From Clostridia bacterium (lineage in GTDB: Bacteria > Bacillota > Clostridia > Oscillospirales > CAG-272): a stretch of DNA of 57,159 bases. This document shows positions 25,952-34,289 of this stretch, piece after piece. A model generated the notes under the pieces. The model searched no databases. It was not told the DNA's origin and was given only the letters and a program-made list of their open reading frames with translations. The position numbers were made by a program, and so were the translations under genes. The stretch is taken from positions 1-57,159 of the forward strand of contig JAFTLE010000071.1 of NCBI GenBank assembly GCA_017452895.1, given 5' to 3'. Position 1 is the stretch's first letter; each line of letters starts with the position of its first letter.

Positions 25952-27877
25952 TTATTTCAACTCAATGATCTGATGGCAGTGGAATCTATCGAGAACGAAA
26001 TTTACGCGTCCGTCTTCCGCCGTGAAGGGCAGCTCCTTGCCCTCGGGCTGTAAAACGACCCTCGTGATCTTCTCGGGCAGTGCCAGCGAAACCTTCACAT
26101 CAGCGAGCGTCACGATATCCTCGATGACCTCCATATTTTTGCCGCGCACGACCGTGTTGGCGTACAGAAGATGCAGGATATACGCGTCATCCTTTTTGTA
26201 AAGCGTTGCCTTACCCGAGGACGGGAGCGTGGTGCTGACCGTCTTCTTCCCGCCGAGCAATCGCTCGATCAGCGGCAGCACTGTCACCTTCGCGTTGAGC
26301 GAGCCGACATCACAATAATCGGTGAACAGATCGGCAGCGAGAAGAATACCGTCCTTGCCCGCGGTGACGGCGGCGCTGACCTTGCCGTAATCGCCGGGGG
26401 TATTGTTGTGCGAGCAGTAATGCATACCGCCGCGCTGAAAATAGGGCGTGATCTTGTCAACCAGCACCTCACCTGTCGGCTCGATATCGTAGACCTCGGC
26501 ATAGACCGCGAGGGCGGTATCCTCTGCCGCGGCGATCGGGTACTTCGGCTGAATATAGGTGGGGCTGTATGGGTCCTTGTCGAGAAGCTTCGCGCCGAGG
26601 TCGAAGATGCTCTCTCCCTTATAAAGCGCCGACCTGCCGACGGCAAGCAGCTTGCCGCCGTTTTTCACGTACTCGAGAAGGCGCGGATACTCCTCATCGT
26701 CAAGCTCAGTGTTGTCGGCAAGCACGATCAGGGGATACTTGTTCGAGATCTCCTTTGCCTCGATGATGTCAAAGAGGTACTTTGCCTCGAAGAACATACG
26801 CGCGGCACCCGTTCTGCCAGTGCCCGTGCGGTTGTTCGGGTGATCCGAGAGGATCGCGAACTCGGCTTGGAACGCACCGCCGCGCCACGCATCTCTTGCG
26901 GCGAGGTAGCGGTTGGCGTTGCCGACGTTTTTGTAGGTATACATATCCACGCGGCCCGAGGGATGGAGCTGATCGCCGACCGAAAGGCCTGCGTCAAACG
27001 CCAGACACTGTGCGCCCTCGTAAAGCAGGGCATCCATATACTTGAAGCCGCCGAACTCGCCCCATGTCTTGTGGAACTTGCCCGTCATACCGATGCAGTT
27101 CTTTCCCTTGCGGCGGATGTACGCCATACTCATCGGGAAGTGATCGTAGCCCCAGCCGCCCGTCGGCAGGGATTCCGCCTCAAGCTGGTCACAGCAGTCC
27201 ATTCTGTCGTCACGGCCGACGGGGAAATCACCCGCGTTGTAGAAGACCATCACGTCGGGCTTCACAGAGCGTGCCGCCTCGGTGATGCGCTTGGTAAACC
27301 TGTTAAATACGTCCTTCGCCTGCTGCTTGGAGTCCTCGTAGCTCGTGTAGTCAAGTCCCTTCCTCTTCATATCGCGCAGGCAGTGGATGCAGGAGCAGGG
27401 ATAGTCGCTAACGATGTCGAAGAAGAGTCCGTCGGGCATATAGCGCTCGGTGACCTCGATCGTCTGCTCCGCGAGGAAATCAAGGTAGGGGGAATTGAAG
27501 CAGAGACGCTTGAAGTGCGGCTTCAGAAGGTTCTTTGCCGTACCGTCGAAATCGACGTGCAGCCATTCGGGGTGCTCGTACGCCATCACATCGTCAAGAC
27601 CTGCGGAAATGTAAATCTTCGCCGACACGCCCGCGTCCTTGCACGCCGCGACCTGCAGATCAAGCAGAGGCTTTTCAAGGTGCGGATGCACCGAGCTCTT
27701 GAATTTCTCGGAAGGGTAATAAAGGTTTCCGTGGTGACACTTGGCAAAGACCGTGATCGAGTCAAGGCCTGCCTCCTTCAGCGCGGCAACGAATTCGTCG
27801 TGGTCGAAGTCGCGGCCGATGCCCTCGATCTCGCCCGAGGTGTGAAAATCCAGATGCACACAGCGTTTATCTTTCAT
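25952..27877 (-). CDS. GHL6-like glycoside hydrolase with a beta-galactosidase-trimerisation-like C-terminal region
   Basis: Start MKDKRCVHLDFHTSGEIEG at ATG 27875-27877 with an AAAAGGAGC RBS. The HLDFHTS opening and overall TIM-barrel-like layout match my recollection of the hypothetical glycosyl hydrolase 6 family. No search was done. Confidence 0.7.
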   Translation of the reverse strand: MKDKRCVHLDFHTSGEIEGIGRDFDHDEFVAALKEAGLDSITVFAKCHHGNLYYPSEKFKSSVHPHLEKPLLDLQVAACKDAGVSAKIYISAGLDDVMAYEHPEWLHVDFDGTAKNLLKPHFKRLCFNSPYLDFLAEQTIEVTERYMPDGLFFDIVSDYPCSCIHCLRDMKRKGLDYTSYEDSKQQAKDVFNRFTKRITEAARSVKPDVMVFYNAGDFPVGRDDRMDCCDQLEAESLPTGGWGYDHFPMSMAYIRRKGKNCIGMTGKFHKTWGEFGGFKYMDALLYEGAQCLAFDAGLSVGDQLHPSGRVDMYTYKNVGNANRYLAARDAWRGGAFQAEFAILSDHPNNRTGTGRTGAARMFFEAKYLFDIIEAKEISNKYPLIVLADNTELDDEEYPRLLEYVKNGGKLLAVGRSALYKGESIFDLGAKLLDKDPYSPTYIQPKYPIAAAEDTALAVYAEVYDIEPTGEVLVDKITPYFQRGGMHYCSHNNTPGDYGKVSAAVTAGKDGILLAADLFTDYCDVGSLNAKVTVLPLIERLLGGKKTVSTTLPSSGKATLYKKDDAYILHLLYANTVVRGKNMEVIEDIVTLADVKVSLALPEKITRVVLQPEGKELPFTAEDGRVNFVLDRFHCHQIIELK

Positions 27878-27993
27878 AAAATTGCTCCTTTTCACGGAAA
27901 TGCCGCATTCTTCCTTTATTATATCGGCAACCCGTGCAAATGTCAAGAAAAATCCCGCTTTTTCCGTTATATTCGACCGAAAAAGGGATGCCG

Positions 27994-28030
27994 AAAAAGA
28001 AAGAAGCAAGCGTTCTCGCTTACTTCTTTC
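27994..28030 (-). terminator. intrinsic terminator after the LRR surface protein gene
   Basis: AGAAGCAAGCG-TTCT-CGCTTACTTCT (one mismatch). On the minus strand it is followed by a T-run. Confidence 0.65.
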
Positions 28031-28040
28031 CTTTGGTCTC

Positions 28041-29921
28041 TCACCTTAGCTTTTTATACGACCAGACGCCTGCACCCGCAAGCGTTCCTACCGCAAGCGC
28101 GATCAGCAAAACGATCAGCCAGACGTGCGTCTTCGGCGGCTCGGGGATCTCTTCGGGCGGGGTGACTACGGTGTAGGTCACGACGCGGACGGTATCGCCC
28201 TCGTCCATCGTGCCCGAAAGCTCAAGCGTTTCGGTCTCGTAGCCCTCGAGCGTCGGCGGTGCGAAGGCAAAATTCTCACCGTAGCGCACGGGGTGGAAAT
28301 ACGGCTCTCTCAGCTGGTTGCCCTTCGCATCCTGCAGATACACGATGACGAAATAGGAGTTGAGCGTGTAAGTCACGGTCACGGTGCGGCTATGGGTCGC
28401 GCCCTCACTCTCGGTGATGCCGTCCATTTTGCCCGAAACTGTCAGCGCGTCGGGCGTATGGTGCAGGACCGCAGGCGACTGCACGCTGTAATCGGTTCCG
28501 TACGGATACTCGCCGACGACGGTTTCAAGCGGCACCCCATCACCATCGGTCATCGGCGTGCCGTTTTCATCCACGTAAACGACGGTCAGGGTAAAGGTCT
28601 GCGGCGTATACAAAACGGTATACATCTCGTTTTTCGCACCCATCACACCGCTCACCGCATCCTTCCCTGCCTCTCTGTCAAAGAAGGCGGGCGTGGGGGA
28701 GTCAACCGAATAGGGGTCGGTATAGTAGACCTCCGAAACGTGCGGGTCGGCGACCACGCGGCCGAGCGTGTCGATATAGTTGATCACCAGCGCATATTTC
28801 GGCGGCACACAACGGATTTGTTCGGTGTAGTCCCCCGTGATCGGCATTTCGTTGTACCCGCCGCGCTCGGGCGTGTAGAGCGACAGCCCGTTTTGTGCGA
28901 GCAATGCCGCAAGATCGAGACTGAAGCGGTCGCCGTAGGTCGTATCCGCGGTGTAGATCAGCGCCGCGCCGCCGCTTTGCAGGGGTGCGCCGTTGTGGTC
29001 GACGAAGCTGAGCGTGAGCCGATGCGGGTTTGGCGTATAGGTCACGGTCAGGTTGATCTCGTAATTGCTGTGACCGACGAAGCTGCCCGTCAGCACGCCG
29101 CCCGTGACGTTATGGGTATGACCCGTCACCTCGGGCACGGGGATCGCGTAGCGATCTATCCCGTCGGCGAAGCCGACGACGGTCGCAGGCGGCGTCGGTG
29201 CCTCGGCGCGTTCGCCATCCATCACGTAGGTGACGTTCACGCGCACGCCGTAGTAGATCTGTCCGAATTTCGTCGGGTCGAGCTTCCCTGCGGGGTGGTT
29301 GCCGTTATACAGCTCGATTGTCGAAAAGCTCGCGGGGGAATCCGCGTAATAGATGCGGATCGCCGCCGTCGAGGTGCGGTAGAAGGTGGTGGTATCCACG
29401 CGCATCAGCCCCGTCGGAAAATGAAGGGTTGCGAGCGCGTTGCAGTTCTGAAAGACCGATGCCGAAAGCGCAGTGATGCTGCCGAGCGAACCGACCGTCG
29501 TCAGCCGCTCGCAGTCCTGAAAGGCGGATACGCCGACCGAGAGCACGCCGTCGGGCAGGTCGATCTCAACGAGCGACTTGCACTCAACGAAGGCAAAGTT
29601 GCCGATCGAGCGCAGGGTCGCAGGGAGCGACACGGAGGAAAGATTCTGACAGTAGGCGAAGGCGAAGTCGCCGATCGAGGTCACGCCCTCCTCGACCACA
29701 AGGCGCGTGATCGCTGCACGCTTGTCCGCCCAGGGGGCCTTATTCCCCGCGTTGTCAAAATTCGTCATTGCGCCGCTGCCGCTGACCGTCAGCGTGCCGT
29801 TTTGGTAGGTATAGGTCAACCCGTCTCCGCAGGACTCGCTCGCGTCGGCAAAAACGGCAAACGCAAGGATAAGCAACGTACAAAGTGCGATAAAGATCCA
29901 GATCCTTCTGATTGTTTTCAT
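28041..29921 (-). CDS. cell-surface protein: signal peptide, BspA-type leucine-rich repeats, MucBP-like repeats, C-terminal TM anchor
   Basis: N-terminal MKTIRRIWIFIALCTLLILAFAVFA. LRR_5-type units (VTSIGDFAFAYCQNLSSVSLPATLRSIGNFAFVECKSLVEIDLP). About four units of ~75 aa ending in TVTY-like strands. The tail is HVWLIVLLIALAVGTLAGAGVWSYKKLR. Confidence 0.8.
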   Translation of the reverse strand: MKTIRRIWIFIALCTLLILAFAVFADASESCGDGLTYTYQNGTLTVSGSGAMTNFDNAGNKAPWADKRAAITRLVVEEGVTSIGDFAFAYCQNLSSVSLPATLRSIGNFAFVECKSLVEIDLPDGVLSVGVSAFQDCERLTTVGSLGSITALSASVFQNCNALATLHFPTGLMRVDTTTFYRTSTAAIRIYYADSPASFSTIELYNGNHPAGKLDPTKFGQIYYGVRVNVTYVMDGERAEAPTPPATVVGFADGIDRYAIPVPEVTGHTHNVTGGVLTGSFVGHSNYEINLTVTYTPNPHRLTLSFVDHNGAPLQSGGAALIYTADTTYGDRFSLDLAALLAQNGLSLYTPERGGYNEMPITGDYTEQIRCVPPKYALVINYIDTLGRVVADPHVSEVYYTDPYSVDSPTPAFFDREAGKDAVSGVMGAKNEMYTVLYTPQTFTLTVVYVDENGTPMTDGDGVPLETVVGEYPYGTDYSVQSPAVLHHTPDALTVSGKMDGITESEGATHSRTVTVTYTLNSYFVIVYLQDAKGNQLREPYFHPVRYGENFAFAPPTLEGYETETLELSGTMDEGDTVRVVTYTVVTPPEEIPEPPKTHVWLIVLLIALAVGTLAGAGVWSYKKLR

Positions 29922-30016
29922 TCTATTTCTCCTTCGGCTGACGCCGTACTATACTGTATTAACATAAGTATACCATATGGCATTTTTTCTGTCAACATAC
30001 AAAAACTGCTTTTTAT

Positions 30017-30051
30017 GAAAAAGGCGGCACGGAGATCCGTGCCGCCTTTTT
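30017..30051. terminator. bidirectional terminator
   Basis: GAAAAAGGCGGCACGG-AGAT-CCGTGCCGCCTTTTT. Confidence 0.75.
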
Positions 30052-30155
30052 CATCGGTTTTTGGGATGCATACGGAAAAGCATCCGCAGCATCGGGGAGA
30101 AAAAGCGCGGAGAGCGCAGAACAACGATCTTCAAGGGTGTTTCGCCTCTTTTCGT

Positions 30156-30311
30156 TTATTTTTGGAGGAAGTACAGAAGCCCCACCAGAACGATCACGAT
30201 AGCCTCGATCACGCACAGCACGGTCTCGGGCAGAAAGAAGGACAAAAGGATCCCCACTCCGAACGAGAGCAGGGAGACGCCAAGGATCCGACAGAGTGAT
30301 TTTGCTTTCAT
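30156..30311 (-). CDS. 51-aa two-TM membrane peptide (below the ORF-track length cutoff)
   Basis: ATG 30309-30311 lies 5 nt after AGAGGTG. Translation MKAKSLCRILGVSLLSFGVGILLSFFLPETVLCVIEAIVIVLVGLLYFLQK, stop TAA 30156-30158, with a terminator about 105 nt downstream. Confidence 0.5.
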   Translation of the reverse strand: MKAKSLCRILGVSLLSFGVGILLSFFLPETVLCVIEAIVIVLVGLLYFLQK

Positions 30312-30401
30312 ACGCACCTCTTTTGTAAAGTTTCATTTACATAGAGGCGCGTGACGGCGGCCTCTGTTATAAGATATGCGCGAGGGCGCAAAAAAGACAC
30401 G

Positions 30402-30452
30402 AAAAAAGAAAGGAAGCGTCTCAAATTACAAAATTTGAGACGCTTCCTTTTT
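30402..30452. terminator. bidirectional terminator with a 19-bp stem (after comM)
   Basis: AAAGGAAGCGTCTCAAATT-ACAA-AATTTGAGACGCTTCCTTT flanked by A and T runs. Confidence 0.8.
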
Positions 30453-30522
30453 ATTTGATATCGGGCGGGTCGGATTTGGAAGAAAATTTGTCGTTTTCGG
30501 TCCGGGGGTGGCGGCCCCTTTC

Positions 30523-32070
30523 TTATGCCTTCCAATATTTGCGGTCAAGGCTTCTGTACTGTATCGCCTCTGCAATATGCTCCGCGCGGATGACTTCGCT
30601 TTCCGCAAGATCGGCGACCGTTCGCGCCACGCGCAAGAGGCGGTCGTGACCGCGCGCCGACAGACCGAGGTCGTCGAAGGCACGGCGAAGGATCTCCTCC
30701 GCAAGCCCGTCCATCACGCAGTGACGGCGGATCTGCGCGGGTGTCATTTGCCCGTTGCAGAAGACCCCCGTGTCCCCCGCGGCGGCAAAGCGTGCCGCGG
30801 CAAAGGCGCGTGCGCGGTTGACGCGCGCGCGGATGGTGAGAGAGGACTCGCCGCCCATCTCCCCACCGCTCATCTGATCGTAGGTCACGCGCGGAAGCTC
30901 GACCTCGATATCCATACGGTCAAGCATCGGTCCGCTGATGCGTGAAAGATAGCGTTGTACGTCGCCGGGGCGGCAGGTGCAGGTGCCTGAATCGTCGCCG
31001 AAATATCCGCACCGACAGGGGTTCATCGCGGCGACCAGCATAAAGCGGGACGGGTAGTGCACGCGCCCCGCGGCACGGGTGACCGTCACGCCACCGTCCT
31101 CAAGCGGCTGACGGAGCGACTCGATCAGCGTTTTCGGAAATTCGGGAAATTCGTCAAGGAACAGCACGCCGTTGTGCGCCAGCGAGATCTCGCCCGGGCG
31201 CGGATTGGCAGAGCCGCCGATCATTCCGACAGCGCTAACCGTGTGGTGCGGTGAGCGGAAGGGTCGCTCGCGCACGAGCTCGCCGCCCGCAAGCATTCCC
31301 GCCACCGAATGGACCTTCGTGGTTTCAAGTGCCTCCTCAAAGGTGAAGTCGGGCAGGATCGTCGGCAGACGCTTGGCAAGCATACTCTTACCCGAGCCGG
31401 GCGGTCCGATCAGAAGAATGTTGTGTCCGCCTGCGGCGGCGATCTCCATCGCGCGCTTTGCGACGGTCTGTCCGCGCACGTCGGAAAAATCCACGCTCGG
31501 ATGCGCGTTCGCTCTTAAAAAATCGCTTTTATCGTAGGTCGCGGGAATAAGCGGCTCGCCGCCGCAAAGATGCTCACACAGCCGCCGCAGACTCGGCACG
31601 CCGTAAACCGTGATGCCGTCGACCACCGCCGCCTCCTTGACGTTTGCCATCGGCACGTAGATCTCGCTTCTGCCCGATGCACGCGCCGCAAGCGTATGAC
31701 AAAGCACGCCGTCCACCGCACGCACCTGACCCGAGAGCGAAAGCTCCCCGATAAAGACGCGATGCTCGAGGGCAAGGCTCTCGGGTAGAATCCCGCCCGC
31801 CTGCATAATCGAAAGGATGATGGCAAGGTCGTAGCCCGCCCCCTCCTTTTTCCGCGCCGCGGGCGCGAGGTTGACGAGTAGCTCCTTCTGCGGAAAATTG
31901 TAGCCGCTGTTGCGGCAGGCGGTCTCAACGCGCTCCTTCGCCTCCTTCACCGCCGTATCGGGCACGCCGACCAGCTCGAAGGACGGAATGGCGTTTCGCG
32001 CACTGCACTCGACTGTCACCTCGTAGCCGTCGATGCCGAGAAGACCTGCACTGTATACCTTTGAAAGCAT
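30523..32070 (-). CDS. comM: YifB/ComM-family Mg-chelatase-like AAA+ ATPase
   Basis: MLSKVYSAGLLGIDGY, Walker A GPPGSGKSM, Walker B VLFLDEFPEF, and a C-terminal HRLLRVARTVADL region. Confidence 0.9.
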   Translation of the reverse strand: MLSKVYSAGLLGIDGYEVTVECSARNAIPSFELVGVPDTAVKEAKERVETACRNSGYNFPQKELLVNLAPAARKKEGAGYDLAIILSIMQAGGILPESLALEHRVFIGELSLSGQVRAVDGVLCHTLAARASGRSEIYVPMANVKEAAVVDGITVYGVPSLRRLCEHLCGGEPLIPATYDKSDFLRANAHPSVDFSDVRGQTVAKRAMEIAAAGGHNILLIGPPGSGKSMLAKRLPTILPDFTFEEALETTKVHSVAGMLAGGELVRERPFRSPHHTVSAVGMIGGSANPRPGEISLAHNGVLFLDEFPEFPKTLIESLRQPLEDGGVTVTRAAGRVHYPSRFMLVAAMNPCRCGYFGDDSGTCTCRPGDVQRYLSRISGPMLDRMDIEVELPRVTYDQMSGGEMGGESSLTIRARVNRARAFAAARFAAAGDTGVFCNGQMTPAQIRRHCVMDGLAEEILRRAFDDLGLSARGHDRLLRVARTVADLAESEVIRAEHIAEAIQYRSLDRKYWKA

Positions 32071-32180
32071 TGCTCTCTCCTTTTTCTCTTTTTACTTTAT
32101 TAAGGATAGCATATTTCGTGGAAAAAGTAAAGAAGGCGTAAAAAAGTTTGAATATTTTTTCATTTTTTTTGCAAAACCCC

Positions 32181-32210
32181 TTTACAAATCGGATTTTTTT
32201 GTGCTATACT
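32181..32210 (+). promoter_or_regulatory. sigma-A-like promoter of the aro supraoperon
   Basis: TTTACA (32181-32186), an 18-nt spacer, then TGcTATACT (-10 at 32205-32210). Confidence 0.5.
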
Positions 32211-32241
32211 ACTTGCATCAAGTCAGAAAAGGGAACCCGTA

Positions 32242-32331
32242 ATGAAGCAGCTTGCATCCGTATTTGCATACTTTTTCAGCTTTACCTATTATTTTGGTAA
32301 GGCTTTTTCGGCGTTCACCTGCAAGGCGTAA
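32242..32331 (+). CDS. 29-codon Phe/Tyr-rich leader peptide (candidate attenuation leader)
   Basis: ATG 32242 lies 7 nt after AGGGA. Translation MKQLASVFAYFFSFTYYFGKAFSAFTCKA has 7 Phe and 3 Tyr. TAA at 32329-32331. It sits between the promoter and the terminator, upstream of aroF. Confidence 0.55.
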   Translation: MKQLASVFAYFFSFTYYFGKAFSAFTCKA

Positions 32332-32346
32332 ATCGGTTTTTGATCG

Positions 32347-32380
32347 AGAGCCCTGCGGCGAATGCCGCGGGGCTCTTTTT
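32347..32380 (+). terminator. intrinsic terminator inside the aro leader (attenuator)
   Basis: AGAGCCCTGCGGC-GAAT-GCCGCGGGGCTCT (13 bp, one G.U pair) followed by TTTTT, about 40 nt upstream of the aroF start. Confidence 0.8.
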
Positions 32381-32419
32381 ACGCCGCTCTGTCAATTTTT
32401 CAAAAAAGAGGAATCTGTT

Positions 32420-33430
32420 ATGGTTGTCGTACTCAAGGAAAATCCCGATCGCGAGCAATTATCAAACCTTGCCGAATGGCTGGAATCGCTCGGGCTGTCC
32501 ATTCATAAAAGCGAGGGTGCGCATCACACCCTGCTCGGTCTTGTCGGTGACACGTCGCAGGTCGATATGGAGCTTTTGCGCGCGCTCGATATCGTTGACG
32601 ACGTCAAGCGCATTCAGGAGCCGTACAAGAGCGCAAACCGCAAGTTTCACCCAGCCGACACCGTCGTTGAGATCGGCGGGATCAAGCTCGGCGGCGGCAA
32701 TTTTCAATACATCGCGGGTCCCTGCTCGGTCGAATCGAAGGAGCAGATCTGCGAGGTCGCACGCAGTGTAAAGGCGGCGGGTGCCGCACTTTTGCGCGGC
32801 GGCGCATTCAAGCCGCGCACCTCGCCCTACGCCTTTCAGGGTCTGCGCGGGGACGGTATCGAGCTTTTGCTTGAGGCAAAAAAGGAAACAGGGATGCCGA
32901 TCGTCAGCGAGGCGATGGATCCCTCGCAGCTTCCGCTTTTTGAGGACGTCGACGTCATTCAGATCGGCGCGCGCAATATGCAGAACTTCGAGCTCTTGAA
33001 GGAGGTCGGACACCTGCGCAAGCCCGTGCTTCTGAAGCGCGGTCTTGCCAACACCCTGCAGGAGCTTTTGATGAGTGCCGAATATATTATGGCGGGCGGC
33101 AACGAGCAGGTCATCCTCTGTGAGCGCGGCATCCGCACCTTTGAGACGGCAACGCGCAACACCCTCGACCTCTCCGCAATCCCGGTTTTGCGCAGTATGA
33201 CGCATCTGCCGATCGTCGTCGATCCCTCGCACGCCTGCGGCATTGCCCGAATGGTTTTACCGATGGCGATGGCGGCAGCGGCCTGCGGTGCCGACGGTCT
33301 GATGATCGAGGTGCACAACGATCCGAAGCGCGCGCTTTGCGACGGCGCGCAGTCTCTCACCCCCGACGCCTTTGCCGACGTAGTAAAGCACGTCGATGCG
33401 ATCCTTCCCCACGCGTATGGCAGAGCGTAA
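32420..33430 (+). CDS. aroF: 3-deoxy-7-phosphoheptulonate (DAHP) synthase, type I-beta with an N-terminal ferredoxin-like regulatory domain
   Basis: ATG 32420 with an AAAGAGGAA RBS. The MVVVLKENPDREQL...HTLLGLVGD FL-domain is followed by the KDO8PS-like core (IAGPCSVES, LLRGGAFKPRTSPY, VVDPSH). Confidence 0.92.
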   Translation: MVVVLKENPDREQLSNLAEWLESLGLSIHKSEGAHHTLLGLVGDTSQVDMELLRALDIVDDVKRIQEPYKSANRKFHPADTVVEIGGIKLGGGNFQYIAGPCSVESKEQICEVARSVKAAGAALLRGGAFKPRTSPYAFQGLRGDGIELLLEAKKETGMPIVSEAMDPSQLPLFEDVDVIQIGARNMQNFELLKEVGHLRKPVLLKRGLANTLQELLMSAEYIMAGGNEQVILCERGIRTFETATRNTLDLSAIPVLRSMTHLPIVVDPSHACGIARMVLPMAMAAAACGADGLMIEVHNDPKRALCDGAQSLTPDAFADVVKHVDAILPHAYGRA

Positions 33431-34289
33431 GCCCGTCGTCGGGATCATCGGAATGGGCCTGATCGGCGGCAGCCTTGCGAAGGCGATTCGCAAGAACACC
33501 GCGGGAAAATACCGCGTCCTCGGTGCCGATCTCGACCCCAAAACGATGGCGAAGGCGAGGGTCGCCGACGTCATTGAGGGGGACCTGACCCCCGACGCAT
33601 ACAAGGATTGTGACTATCTTCTGATCGCGCTCTACCCCTCTGCGGTCTTATCCTTCCTTGAAGAAAACGCAGGGCTTTTCAATCCGCGCGGCGTCGTCAT
33701 CGACTGTGCGGGCATCAAGCGTGAGATCTGCGCTCTCGGTGGCGCACTCGCCGATCGCTACGGCTTCACCTTCATCGGCGGCCACCCGATGGCAGGGCGT
33801 GAGGTCTGGGGCTTTTCCGCCGCAACGAACACGCTCTTCAACGGCGCGTCAATGATCCTTTGTCCGCGTGGCGATATCGACATCCGCATCCTCGCGCATG
33901 TTAAGAATTTTTTCCTCTCGATCGGCTTTGGAAGGATTACCGTCCGCACCCCCGCCGATCACGACCGCATCATCGCCTACACCTCACAGCTCGCCCACGT
34001 GCTGTCGAGCGCCTATATCGGCAGCGCGACGGCAGAGGAGCATCGCGGCCTTTCCGCGGGCTCATTCAAGGATATGACGCGCGTTGCCACGATCAACGGC
34101 GAGATGTGGAGCGAGATTTTTCTCGCCAATCGCGAGCCGTTGCTTTCCGAAATTGACGGATTGATTGACCGCCTCTCTGCCTTCCGCGCGGGGATTGCGG
34201 AAAACGATCGCGACCTTCTCCGTCAGCTAATGAAGGACGGAAACGACCGCAAAAAGGAATGCTTCAAAAAAATTGAGGAGGAGTCCTGA
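33417..34289 (+). CDS. tyrA: prephenate dehydrogenase
   Basis: ATG 33417 overlaps the aroF end by 14 nt. VVGIIGMGLIGGSLAKAI Rossmann motif and GGHPMAGRE catalytic region. Confidence 0.88.
   Translation: MAERKPVVGIIGMGLIGGSLAKAIRKNTAGKYRVLGADLDPKTMAKARVADVIEGDLTPDAYKDCDYLLIALYPSAVLSFLEENAGLFNPRGVVIDCAGIKREICALGGALADRYGFTFIGGHPMAGREVWGFSAATNTLFNGASMILCPRGDIDIRILAHVKNFFLSIGFGRITVRTPADHDRIIAYTSQLAHVLSSAYIGSATAEEHRGLSAGSFKDMTRVATINGEMWSEIFLANREPLLSEIDGLIDRLSAFRAGIAENDRDLLRQLMKDGNDRKKECFKKIEEES

Noticed and set aside
26171-30299. Two very long plus-strand ORFs (664 aa and 724 aa)
   Set aside because: They are antisense to the GHL6-like and LRR/MucBP genes and run through terminators and intergenic regions. 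Their composition is Arg/Gly/His/Asp-rich without domains.
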